From NCBI GenBank assembly GCA_041662745.1, contig JBAZRV010000003.1, forward strand, positions 56,034-120,033: a DNA stretch of 64,000 nt, given 5' to 3'. The notes beneath the pieces are model-generated. The model did no database searches and was not told the DNA's origin. It saw nothing but the letters and a program-made list of their open reading frames with translations. How positions within the stretch are numbered: position 1 is the stretch's first letter; each line of letters begins with the position of its first letter. Both the position numbers and the translations under genes were made by a program. Of this stretch, positions 45,747-55,196 are shown one piece after another. Source of the stretch: Patescibacteria group bacterium (GTDB lineage: Bacteria; Patescibacteriota; Patescibacteriia; 2-01-FULL-39-33).

Positions 45747-46763
45747 TTAGTTAATCAAACTGTGCAGACAACAGAATGGCGCCTGTCCGAATCTATCAAA
45801 ATGAGCTAAGGCCATGGATTTGCATCCGCCTTGGCACCAGGAATATTTTTTGCAGTTTTGGCAGATCCCCCCCGGTTGGCAATCGTCTCTAAATAACCTG
45901 ATAATCTTGTTGTCTTGTTGCCAAATTTCTTTTAATGTTTTTTGCCGTACATTACCCAAGATAAAGCGTTCATCCATTAACGATAAGCAGGGCAAAACAT
46001 TGCCGCAAGCATCAATTCCGACGGTCTGTTTGCCGGCGGTACAACCCGGCCAGCCTCGACCGCGCAAGAGAGTATAGTCATAACCGAAACAATCAGCCGC
46101 CCTGATATCCAAGCAGGATTGGTAAATGTTACGCAGTTTTATCAGGGCAAAGCAAGTTTCTCGGAATATTTCTTCGTTGATTGCCAACTCGCTATTATCT
46201 TTGGCCCGCCCGATAGGCGAAATCAGCTGAACTTGCCAGCCGGAAGCTCCGACTTTACGCAGGAGCTCGGCTAATTCAGGCAGTATTGCGTAATTCAGGC
46301 GACTGACGGTGGTAATGGCAATAGCTCGCAAGCCGATAGCCTTGGCTGTAGCGATAGCGTTTAAGGCCGTTAGCCAGGAACGGCTATGGCCACGGATATG
46401 ATTATGTATGGCTGAGTCGCCGTCAACGGAAACGCCGATAGTATGGGCGCCGGCGTCTTTAAGCCGCTGCGCCAGGCTGTCAGTCATGGTTAAGCCGTTA
46501 GTGATCAGGGCGAAGCTGATCTGCTCCTTTTGCAAACCGTCAAGCAGTTGCGGAAAATCATGTTTAATAGTCGTTTCGCCGCCGGATAATGCCAGTTGAT
46601 TCAAGCCCAGTTCTTGCAGTTGGCCAAAAACCCTTAGCCATTCCTCGGCTGTTAACTCGTCATCCTTAGGTTTTTTTACGCAATCGGAGCCGCAGTGCCG
46701 GCAATTGAGGTTGCAACTCGCGGTGGTTTCTATCACTGCGTTAGTGATTTTTTCATACAACAC
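45747..46763 (-). CDS. radical SAM/SPASM domain protein (338 aa)
   Basis: N-terminal CNLNCRHC (Cx3Cx2C) at residues 17-24, GGE motif LSGGETT; C-terminal SPASM Cys cluster ...CGNVLPC...C...GGICQNCKKYSWCQGGC. Confidence 0.8.
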   Translation of the reverse strand: MLYEKITNAVIETTASCNLNCRHCGSDCVKKPKDDELTAEEWLRVFGQLQELGLNQLALSGGETTIKHDFPQLLDGLQKEQISFALITNGLTMTDSLAQRLKDAGAHTIGVSVDGDSAIHNHIRGHSRSWLTALNAIATAKAIGLRAIAITTVSRLNYAILPELAELLRKVGASGWQVQLISPIGRAKDNSELAINEEIFRETCFALIKLRNIYQSCLDIRAADCFGYDYTLLRGRGWPGCTAGKQTVGIDACGNVLPCLSLMDERFILGNVRQKTLKEIWQQDNKIIRLFRDDCQPGGICQNCKKYSWCQGGCKSMALAHFDRFGQAPFCCLHSLIN

Positions 46764-46847
46764 CCCGCCCTCCTTTGTTTGCTTGTAAAATCATTTAATT
46801 TTTAAGGAACTCTTGATGTTTTATCTTATTTTAAAAAATTAAGATTG

Positions 46848-47957
46848 TCAAGTGGCGCGTCGGCCGTATCTGGCAATGGATAGATTGATGCCGATAAGTA
46901 TCATCATAGTCAATAAAAAGCTTCCGCCGTAAGAAACCAAAGGTAAGGAAATTCCGGTTACCGGCAATAGGCCGACGCACATGCCGATATTAATGAAGAC
47001 ATGGGAAAATACCAGGGCGGCGGTCAGTAGCGCAATAAACATACCCAAATCATCGGGCGCGCGCGTGGCAATGCGGTATAAGCGGAAGAAGAACAGACCG
47101 AATAATCCTAAAACCAGGCAGACGCCGACAAAACCGATTTCTTCGGCTATGACGGAGAAAATAAAATCAGTCTGGCTTTCCGGAATGAATTTCAATTGGC
47201 TTTGGCTGCCGAAACCCAATCCCCGACCCATCAATTTGCCGGCGCCGACGGCGATAATTGATTGGCGCACGTTATATCCCCTGCCCTGCGGATCCAGGGA
47301 GGGATTAATGAAGGTGAAGATGCGGGCTTGTTGATAATCTTGGAAAATAAAAAACCAAGCGAAAAGCAATGAGGTTATAATTAAGCCGAAAATTAAAAAA
47401 ACTTGCCAGCGTTTTTGGACGATTAATAAGAAAGCCGCCAGCCAAATGAAAAACAATACCATGGCCGATCCGAAGTCCGGTTGCAGGGCGACCAAGCATA
47501 ACGGCATAGCCACGATTGCCCCTAAGAATATCAAATGCCAGAATTTGTATAAAGTGCGGCTGTAACGGCTGCAGATATCGGCCAGGACGATAATCAAGAA
47601 TATCTTGGTTAGTTCTACCGGCTGAAAACTCATAAAGCCGAAGTCAAACCAGCCGCGAGCGCCATTGACCACCCGGCCCAGAGGGGTCAGTACTAAAATT
47701 AATAACACGATGGACACGGCATAGCCGATCCAACCGATGTAACGGAAAACGCGGTAGTCCAAAAAAGAGATTCCGCCGGCCGCGCCTAAGGAAATGAATA
47801 ACCAGAGGATTTGCTTGCGGAAATTATCAAATTCGCCCAAACCGCGGCCTAAGGCAACGCTGTAAATAGCGGCTAAGCCGAAAAACATTAAAAAAATCGA
47901 GCTGGCCAAGAGCCACCAATCGATTTTTTTGAATAAATTTGTGATTAACGTTTGCAT
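46848..47957 (-). CDS. SEDS-family peptidoglycan glycosyltransferase FtsW/RodA
   Basis: 10 TM, conserved SEDS motifs (FQPVELTKI..., ...GLLPVTGISLPLVSYGGSF...). Confidence 0.88.
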   Translation of the reverse strand: MQTLITNLFKKIDWWLLASSIFLMFFGLAAIYSVALGRGLGEFDNFRKQILWLFISLGAAGGISFLDYRVFRYIGWIGYAVSIVLLILVLTPLGRVVNGARGWFDFGFMSFQPVELTKIFLIIVLADICSRYSRTLYKFWHLIFLGAIVAMPLCLVALQPDFGSAMVLFFIWLAAFLLIVQKRWQVFLIFGLIITSLLFAWFFIFQDYQQARIFTFINPSLDPQGRGYNVRQSIIAVGAGKLMGRGLGFGSQSQLKFIPESQTDFIFSVIAEEIGFVGVCLVLGLFGLFFFRLYRIATRAPDDLGMFIALLTAALVFSHVFINIGMCVGLLPVTGISLPLVSYGGSFLLTMMILIGINLSIARYGRRAT

Positions 47958-47958
47958 T

Positions 47959-49197
47959 TTACTCGTGTCTTAGGGCCGCAATAGGGTTCATATTGGCCGC
48001 ATGGCGTGCCGGGTAATAGCCAAAAATCAGGCCGACGGCGCCACAGAAGCCGAAAGCGATGACAATTGATTGGGGCGGCAGAATGAATTGCCAGCTATAG
48101 CCCAAAAGGCCGGCGGCAAAACTGATAAAATAGGCAAAACCGATGCCGGCAATTATGCCCAAAGCGCCGCCCAGCAGAGTGATTATAATCGCTTCATAAA
48201 GAAATTGCCAGAGGATTTGGGCTTTTTTAGCGCCGACAGCCTTGCGCAGACCGATTTCAAAAGTGCGTTCTGAAACAGACACATACATAATATTCATGAT
48301 TCCGACGCCGCCGACGATTAGCGAGATTCCGGCAATGGCGATTAGAAGCAAAGTAATGCCGTTAAAAATAGTGTTAATCATGTCTCGGGCTTCTGTCATG
48401 GTGGTTACGGCAAAGTCATCATACTGGGGATCATCAATTTCGTGGCGGGTGCGTAATAAATAAACAATATCGTCAGCCGTTTGATCTTCTTTAGCGGTGT
48501 CAATAATATTTGCGGTAACAGTCTGAATGTAATCAATGCCCATGACTATTTTTTGCAAAGTCTTGACTGGCACGTAGGCTAACTGATCAAAATCAAAACC
48601 GAAAGTGGCTCCGGCTTCATCCATCACGCCAACAACGCGGAATTTATTCTTGCCGATTTTTATTTCTTGTCCCAGCGGATCCTGATTGCCGAATAATTTT
48701 GCTGACAGTTTGCTGCCCAGAACCACCACGCGAGCCAGCTCGTTGTTTTCATCGTCCGTAAAGAATCGTCCAATTTTGGTTTTGGTTTTGCCCATCTCCA
48801 CATAAGCCGGCATGGTGCCAATCAGGTTGACTGATTTTTGCTGATCAAGATAGGAAACCACCTCTTGATCCATAATCATAACATAATAATTTTCAATGTT
48901 GGGCAGTTTGCCTATGGCCTCAGCGTCTTCCAGGGTGAAGGTGGTGACGGCCACTCCTTGCGCCATGGTGCTGGCGTTTTGAGTGGAATTCTTTCCCGTG
49001 GTCGGCACCTTAATTTCAATCTGGATTATTTTGGAGCCAAACGCCTCCAGTTGCCCTAAGATTTCTCCTTTAAGACCTTCCCCCGCCGACATTACGATAA
49101 TGACTGCGGCAATGCCGATAATAATGCCGATCACCGTCAAGACGGTGCGGAGTTTGTTATTTTGCAGTGATTTTAAAGCAATGTTAAGCGATTGCAT
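47959..49197 (-). CDS. ABC transporter permease, MacB/FtsX family (412 aa), no adjacent ATPase
   Basis: same architecture and ~40% similarity by eye to 554..1789 product; ends ...GYYPARHAANMNPIAALRHE. Confidence 0.8.
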   Translation of the reverse strand: MQSLNIALKSLQNNKLRTVLTVIGIIIGIAAVIIVMSAGEGLKGEILGQLEAFGSKIIQIEIKVPTTGKNSTQNASTMAQGVAVTTFTLEDAEAIGKLPNIENYYVMIMDQEVVSYLDQQKSVNLIGTMPAYVEMGKTKTKIGRFFTDDENNELARVVVLGSKLSAKLFGNQDPLGQEIKIGKNKFRVVGVMDEAGATFGFDFDQLAYVPVKTLQKIVMGIDYIQTVTANIIDTAKEDQTADDIVYLLRTRHEIDDPQYDDFAVTTMTEARDMINTIFNGITLLLIAIAGISLIVGGVGIMNIMYVSVSERTFEIGLRKAVGAKKAQILWQFLYEAIIITLLGGALGIIAGIGFAYFISFAAGLLGYSWQFILPPQSIVIAFGFCGAVGLIFGYYPARHAANMNPIAALRHE

Positions 49198-49270
49198 ATA
49201 ATGGCTGGTTTATGGCGTATAGCTTGCAGTTTATACTAATTATAATTAAATATCCGGTAATAAGCCATGC

Positions 49271-52200
49271 TTAAGCGCGGAAATCACAGATGCCGTTGTA
49301 ATCGCACCACTTGCAGGTGTTCTCTGACGGTTGAGGCGGGAATTTGCCGCGTTTTATTTTGGTTACGGTATCAATTATTTTTTCTTTCATTTTTTCCAGT
49401 TCTTTGGGCGTGCCCAGGAAGGAGAGTTCCGAATCGTTGTCAAAATAATAGTATGCCAGTTCTTTGACCGGTTGCCGCAATATTTGTTCGGCGGCCAGCT
49501 GATAAATCAATAATTGGTCCTTATCGTCAGCCTCCAGTTTTTTCTTCGGACTGCCTGTTTTATAGTCAATCAGCCGCAAGCCGCCGTTAACTTCATCAAT
49601 GCGATCAATGGCGCCGCGCACCGACACCTCCGGCGCCAGTTTGACGGTGAAGCCTTTTTCCAATTCCAGGGCCACAGCCGGCGCTTGTCGCCAGCGATCA
49701 AAAAACTTCTTCAGGCAATCCAATCCGTGGTCGCGGTATTTGCGCTTGGTTAGCGCATCCGGATACCATTCGTCCACAAATGACATTTCGTAAAGCTCCT
49801 TGACTTCCTCCCAGGATATTTCCAACGAATCACCCGTTTCACCGAAGAGGTTTTTTTGTTTGGCCTCGGCTTTGGCGCGCGCCAGAATAAAGAATTTTTG
49901 CATGGTTGAATGCATGGTTTTGCCGAAAGAAAATACGGGCTTGCCTTTTATGGGCAAACGCAGAATATGGGCGAAACGATACTGGTAGGGGCAGGATTGA
50001 AAAGACTTCAGCTGGGTGAAAGAAATGGTGGGTAATAGCGGTTTACTGCCGGTTGGCAGGGTTTCGTCAGTATTTTTGGCTTTGGTCGCGGTTAGCAAAT
50101 CAGAGTCGGGTATGGCTAACGCCGTCGCAGCCAAAGCAAAACCGTCCTCACTAAGTTCTGACAGGAAGCGAGAAAGTTTTTTGGCTCTGGCGCCCCCGTA
50201 GTCTTCGGCCGAAGATAAATATAAGCCCTGCTTGGCTCGCGTCATAGCGACATAAAATAATCGCCGTTCTTCCTGCAGATGCGCATCGCCTTCGGGCAAG
50301 ATTTCTTTCGTCAGCGCCGTCGGCAATTCCAGCCGGTCACTCTTGTTGCCCGAGGGGAATTTTCTGTCCACCAGATTGGCGATAAAAACGTATTTAAATT
50401 CTAAGCCCTTGGCTGAATGGACAGTCATAATTCTGACTGAATCGGGGCTTAAGTCTTCCAGATTCGGCGCCAAAGCGCCTTCCTCCCCCGCTTCCGCTTC
50501 CAATTCCATCAGAGCGCGAAAATTATTCAAACTGTGATCCAGATTATCTTTTTCAAACATCTGCATCTTGCGATAAAACTGATTTAGGTAATTGAGTTCC
50601 TGGCGGTTTTCCAAATTGTCTTTGGCGGTCAGGCGCTTGAGATAGCCGGTGGCCTCCAGAAAATCCTGGCAGAGTTCCGTGGGCCGGGCGCCGGCTTGGG
50701 CGCGCGCGGTTTGTGTTTCAATCAGTCCGGCGATTTTAAGCATTTTTTTTCTGCCCTCGGCGGACAATCCCGGCAACAAGGAGTTTTGCTTAGCGGCCTC
50801 AAATAACGACCAGGCTCGTTTGCCCGCCTGGTAATTAAGCGTGCCGAAATCAGTCAGGCCGATTTGCCAGGCCGGCAAGCTTAGAATGCGGAACATGGCG
50901 ATGTTTTCCCTATAATCATCCAACACTTTGAACCAATTCATGATATCCAGAATGATTTTTTTGCCGTAAAGGCCGCGCGAAGCCATGAACATGTAAGGAA
51001 TATCGGCTGATTCCAAAACATAGCAGAAATCGTCCGCGGAAGCGTTGGCGCGCACCAGAATGGCGAAATCCGACCAGTTGGTTTCTTTATCGGCATTATA
51101 TAATTCAATAATTTTATCCGTTACCGCTTTGACTTCATCGGCGATAGTCTGGCCATGCAGGTGGCTGATCTCTCCGGCGCAATTCAAGTGAGCGGCGAGT
51201 TTTTTGGATAATTTTTTTTGTCCTTGGGATAATTTCGCTTCCAAGCGATCAGGATTGTTGCGTTGGATAAAATTATAGGATAAATCTAAAATATTCTGGC
51301 AAGAACGGTAATTGTCGGTCAACAGTATTTCTTTGGCGCCGGGAAAATCATCTTTGAACTGCAAAATATTGGACACCGACGCGCCGCGGAATTTGTAGAT
51401 GGACTGGTCGTCGTCGCCGACCACGGTCAGATTGTTTTTCGGCTCGGCTAAAAGTTTGACTAATTCGTATTGCGCCCAATTGGTGTCTTGAAATTCATCC
51501 ACTAAAATATATTTGAATTGCGAGCGGTATTTGTACAACACCGCTTTCCTGGTTTTAAATAATTTGAGAGTGTAATTGATCAGGTCGCCGAAATCCAAAG
51601 CATTGTTTTCTAACAGTAATTGCTGATAGGTATGGTAAGCGTCGGCGATTTCCAGTTGTTTGGCGATCTCTTCCGTTTTCAGCTCGGCGATTTCCGTCGG
51701 CGACAGGTTTTCTTGATCCTCTTCCTTGATGATTGATTTGAGAAAATCAGCCGAGTCGGAATTTAATTTTAAATTTTCCGCATATTCCAAATAAGCGTCG
51801 GCGGAGATTTCTTCGTCTTTGGCGCGAGAAAACAGCTTTAACAAATCGTGAATGAATTTGGTGGGGTTGCCCAAGGGGCGATAATGCTTAAGATTGAAGC
51901 GATCAAGATTCTGGCGCACTAAAAGCCATTGTTCGGTTTGGGTGAGCAAACGAAAATCAGCCGGCAAGCCGATTTCTAACCCGTATTCCTTAAGGATGCG
52001 TTCGCAAAAAGCATGAAAAGTGGAAATCCATAAGTCATTGTAGCCCAAGGGCAAAAGCTGATCTACGCGTTCTTCCATTTCAGCGGCGGCTTTTTCGGTA
52101 AAAGTCAGGGCTAAAATCTGTTCGGGGAGAATCCCTTGCTCAGTCACCAGCCAGGCGATTTTAGAAGTGATGACCGTGGTTTTGCCCGTGCCGGCGCCGG

Positions 52201-52285
52201 CGATAATCAACAGCGGGCCGTCCCGGTGGGTAACGGCTTGCTTTTGGGCTTCATTCAGGTTTTTTAGCAGTTCAGAATTCGGCAT
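49271..52285 (-). CDS. UvrD/PcrA-family helicase fused to C-terminal PD-(D/E)xK Cas4/RecB-like nuclease with Cys cluster (AddA-like)
   Basis: Walker A IIAGAGTGKTT near N-terminus (start placed at ATG 52285; track start 52336 is TTG); helicase motifs; C-terminal ...CKWCDYNGICDF Fe-S-type Cys. Confidence 0.8.
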   Translation of the reverse strand: MPNSELLKNLNEAQKQAVTHRDGPLLIIAGAGTGKTTVITSKIAWLVTEQGILPEQILALTFTEKAAAEMEERVDQLLPLGYNDLWISTFHAFCERILKEYGLEIGLPADFRLLTQTEQWLLVRQNLDRFNLKHYRPLGNPTKFIHDLLKLFSRAKDEEISADAYLEYAENLKLNSDSADFLKSIIKEEDQENLSPTEIAELKTEEIAKQLEIADAYHTYQQLLLENNALDFGDLINYTLKLFKTRKAVLYKYRSQFKYILVDEFQDTNWAQYELVKLLAEPKNNLTVVGDDDQSIYKFRGASVSNILQFKDDFPGAKEILLTDNYRSCQNILDLSYNFIQRNNPDRLEAKLSQGQKKLSKKLAAHLNCAGEISHLHGQTIADEVKAVTDKIIELYNADKETNWSDFAILVRANASADDFCYVLESADIPYMFMASRGLYGKKIILDIMNWFKVLDDYRENIAMFRILSLPAWQIGLTDFGTLNYQAGKRAWSLFEAAKQNSLLPGLSAEGRKKMLKIAGLIETQTARAQAGARPTELCQDFLEATGYLKRLTAKDNLENRQELNYLNQFYRKMQMFEKDNLDHSLNNFRALMELEAEAGEEGALAPNLEDLSPDSVRIMTVHSAKGLEFKYVFIANLVDRKFPSGNKSDRLELPTALTKEILPEGDAHLQEERRLFYVAMTRAKQGLYLSSAEDYGGARAKKLSRFLSELSEDGFALAATALAIPDSDLLTATKAKNTDETLPTGSKPLLPTISFTQLKSFQSCPYQYRFAHILRLPIKGKPVFSFGKTMHSTMQKFFILARAKAEAKQKNLFGETGDSLEISWEEVKELYEMSFVDEWYPDALTKRKYRDHGLDCLKKFFDRWRQAPAVALELEKGFTVKLAPEVSVRGAIDRIDEVNGGLRLIDYKTGSPKKKLEADDKDQLLIYQLAAEQILRQPVKELAYYYFDNDSELSFLGTPKELEKMKEKIIDTVTKIKRGKFPPQPSENTCKWCDYNGICDFRA

Positions 52286-52376
52286 AATTAAGTCTATATT
52301 TAAGTTAATTTTACCAGAAAACCGGGGATATTTCAAAGCCTGTGATTTTTCGTTAAAATTTTATTTGAAAATAAAA

Positions 52377-52398
52377 AACCGCCGTTATTCGGGCGGTT
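52377..52398 (-). terminator. intrinsic terminator aaccgcc-gttattcg-ggcggtt with U-run on minus
   Basis: downstream of 52451..52969 (-). Confidence 0.65.
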
Positions 52399-52450
52399 TT
52401 GGGCGTTTTGGTTGCAAAGAGCCGATGCGAAGGGCCGGTTGGCGCTGGCA

Positions 52451-52969
52451 TTAAAGCTGAAACCCGAGGCGCTTGGCCTGTTTTTGCAGTTCCTGAAGGC
52501 GTGTTTGGCACTCCTGTTCTTCCAGCTTTTTATCCAACTTCCGTTCCTTGGCTTTCCTGTAATCGGCAATCACTTGATCCGGTTTGTCAACCAGCAAATC
52601 AAGCGGTGTTCGCCAAGCGCCGGTGTCTATGAAAACCTCAACCTTGGGATCGTCATCATGTTGCCAATAGACATCAAAAACCTTTATGGATTCCCCCGGC
52701 AGGCAAAACCAAATTTCAATATTGTTGCCTCCGAAACAGGTCATGCCGAAAATGCCGCGAAATTCAAAATTATCAAAGCCTTTGAACTTCCAGGTTGTTT
52801 TGATATGATCGCTCGAAGTATCCCGCGACACCAATTCCCCTATTCCCGTGAGTATTTTTGCGGCGAATCTTAAATATTTTAGTACCAGTTCTTTCCTGTC
52901 TTTAATCTGTTTTTCCAACGCCGCGATTTCTTGCTCAATCGTTTTTTCTGCGACGGCTGCTTTTGCCAT
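52451..52969 (-). CDS. hypothetical protein (172 aa), coiled-coil ends
   Basis: ORF. Confidence 0.45.
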   Translation of the reverse strand: MAKAAVAEKTIEQEIAALEKQIKDRKELVLKYLRFAAKILTGIGELVSRDTSSDHIKTTWKFKGFDNFEFRGIFGMTCFGGNNIEIWFCLPGESIKVFDVYWQHDDDPKVEVFIDTGAWRTPLDLLVDKPDQVIADYRKAKERKLDKKLEEQECQTRLQELQKQAKRLGFQL

Positions 52970-53176
52970 TAGTCAGTCCTCCCTCGGTTTTTTGGTTGCA
53001 AGGATTTAATGTAATGAACACTAAAGTATTATAACGGATTGGGATAAAAAGTCAAGGTGTTATAAAACCTCGACATTTTCCAATTTTGCTCATATCTCGC
53101 TTCTGACTTGTTCCCGCCCCTTAATATTGTTATGACTTTTGTCAGAAAAAAAGCAAAACAAAAATCACGTCCATAG

Positions 53177-53247
53177 CTCGGGGACAGGGGCTCGAACCCC
53201 GATTAACGGCTTCAAAGGCCGCTGTCCTACCATTAGACGATCCCCGA
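53177..53247 (-). tRNA. tRNA-Gln (anticodon UUG)
   Basis: cloverleaf folded by hand: acceptor TCGGGGA/TCCCCGA, D-arm GTCT-AATGGTA-GGAC, anticodon stem GCGGC/GCCGT with loop CTTTGAA, T-arm CGGGG-TTCGAGC-CCCTG, discriminator G; CCA not encoded. Confidence 0.85.
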
Positions 53248-53559
53248 GTTATAGACGCGATTTTTCGTTAACTAACGTCTTACTTGATTTGAATTATTTA
53301 TATTTTTACTTATTATAAGGCCGGCCGGTCACCTTGGCCTCAAACTTCTTTTTTCTGGCGCTTTTCTTGTCTTCCTGTTTGACTAAGCGAGGCACCTTGA
53401 TCTTCGGATCCCTTTTTCTTTTTGCCATATGTTTATTATTGCTGGGGCAAAACCGAACTAATCTCAAATTAGAAAGTCGTCGGTTTTGCTGTTCTTTTAA
53501 TTAATCTATGTTTTATTCTAACAAATTTATCGCTGTTTGGCAAGATTTTGCCAAAAAAA

Positions 53560-54350
53560 AGAGCCCCCGTAACTTTGGTCGCACACCCATGAAACATTAC
53601 TATTTATTGGTGTGTGGCTAGTTGACGGGGGTCAAAATTAAAGGTGCTTTCGAATGGCGGGGATCGGAGCGTTTTTAGACGCTCTTTTCGGCCGGGTCCG
53701 GAAGAGGCTCCATCACAAAATTCCTGAGCCGCTAATGCGAGAGCTCCGCTAAACAACGCCGCGCTAACGCCCATTTCCATTACACTTTGGCAGCGCGAAC
53801 GATCAATGACCGATGGCGGACCTCATGGCAACAAACAAATCCGGATATTCGGGCCGCATCCTGCGCCCCGATCCCCAAATTCAGCCGGTTGGTGTTTATT
53901 CCTGAGGGGCCCGGCTTGCCCCTAAATACATCGTTGTGTATTTGGCATGTTTGGTTTCCTTTGGCGGCCGGGATTAACGCACCCCTTTCATTAACTGGTC
54001 GGTGCGCCTAACCACCTGGCAACAGGGCCGGGGCGCTGTCCAATATAGCGATCCCCTGCTATGCTTTTATCTACAAGTTGCCAGTTCGTTAACCCTCGTA
54101 ATTACACAAACCCCACGGGATAACGACTCATTAGGAGCCCTCCAGTTTTGTTTGGCCGATAGTTGGCCATGCCCGTTTTAACTATCCAGATGTTCGCCAA
54201 CGGGCGAGACTCTGGAAAAAACGATACTACTGCTGACTGTCAATGAGCTTGGTGAGCGCGAGACGGAAGCGGCCCTTAAGCCTAGGAATGGAACGAATAT
54301 GTTGGTTCCCCCACTTTCCGTCTCGCCTCACCTTTGAGCTTCAATCATAT
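53560..54350. ncRNA. unclassified GC-rich structured noncoding region next to tRNA-Gln (candidate large ncRNA or decayed element)
   Basis: ~1.3 kb without credible ORF; GC clearly above flanks; long-range helix 54253-54269/54317-54334 and many local GC hairpins (53903-53918 gaggggc-ccggctt-gcccc; 53622-53635). Confidence 0.3.
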
Positions 54351-54552
54351 CACATCGTTAATATTTTGTCAATAGCTTTATCCACAGGCAAATTATTAAT
54401 AATAAAAAATTAGTGTAAATTTAGCTAAAATAAATTAATTTATTTTATGATTAAAATGGCGATAATCCGCCATAGGCGGTTTTGCCGGAAAACAAACTTA
54501 AATAAAACTATAGACTTGCCCCAAGAGCGTCTATCAGTTAGAATGAAGTTGT

Positions 54553-55149
54553 ATGTCAGAATCAAATATCAAAAACCTTGTTGATAAATTTGCCAGATTT
54601 CCCTCAATTGGCCCAAAAACCGCCGAACGAATGGTGTATTACCTGCTCAGACAATCGCCGGAAAAAATGGACGAATTATCTTCGGCAATTCATCAACTAA
54701 AAAATAGCATTACCGCTTGCAATATTTGCTTTAATTTTAGCGAATCTAATCCTTGTCCAATCTGTTCCGATCTCCGGCGCGATCGTCGGATTATTTGTAT
54801 TGTGGCCAAACCGCAGGATATTTCAGCCATTGAGAAAACCGGCTCATATAACGGCGTTTATCATGTCTTAGGCGGCAATATCAATCCGCTGGAAAATATT
54901 ATGCCGGAGAATTTGCGGCTTAAAGAACTCTTGGCGCGCATCAAGGATAATGAAGCTTGCGAACTTATCCTGGCTTTGAATCAGGATATGATCGGTGAAA
55001 CCACCGCTTTGTATCTGTCTAAATTATTAAAGCAATTTTCTCAAGTGACGGTAACGCGTTTGGCGCGCGGCTTGCCCATGGGCGCTGATCTGGAATACGC
55101 CGATGAAGTGACTTTGGAAAGCGCTATTTCCGGACGCAGGGAATTATAA
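54553..55149 (+). CDS. recR: recombination protein RecR
   Basis: HhH N-terminus, C4 zinc finger CNICFNFSESNPCPIC, Toprim domain. Confidence 0.92.
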   Translation: MSESNIKNLVDKFARFPSIGPKTAERMVYYLLRQSPEKMDELSSAIHQLKNSITACNICFNFSESNPCPICSDLRRDRRIICIVAKPQDISAIEKTGSYNGVYHVLGGNINPLENIMPENLRLKELLARIKDNEACELILALNQDMIGETTALYLSKLLKQFSQVTVTRLARGLPMGADLEYADEVTLESAISGRREL

Positions 55150-55196
55150 AATAAAACAGCCGGCTCGGCCGACTGTTTTTTAATCACAATAAGAAA

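Noticed and set aside
53306-53428. 40-aa lysine/arginine-rich minus-strand ORF MAKRKRDPKIKVPRLVKQEDKKSARKKKFEAKVTGRPYNK next to tRNA-Gln
   Set aside because: No Shine-Dalgarno sequence, no recognisable ribosomal-protein family; could be real but evidence is only the ORF itself.
53690-53720. GUCCGGAAG motif reminiscent of SRP RNA domain IV (ffs is often near recR/dnaX)
   Set aside because: Flanking nucleotides do not reproduce the GGAAGCAGC strand or a closing helix with a GNRA tetraloop; only a 9-mer match.
53787-54011. 74-aa ORF in the GC-rich block near tRNA-Gln
   Set aside because: No RBS; GC-driven open frame within structured noncoding region.
53560-54350. tmRNA candidate (either strand)
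   Set aside because: No tRNA-like 3' end (GGUUCGAnUCC T-arm followed by acceptor strand and CCA), no GGGG 5' acceptor partner, and no tag-peptide frame ending in a hydrophobic tail plus stop.
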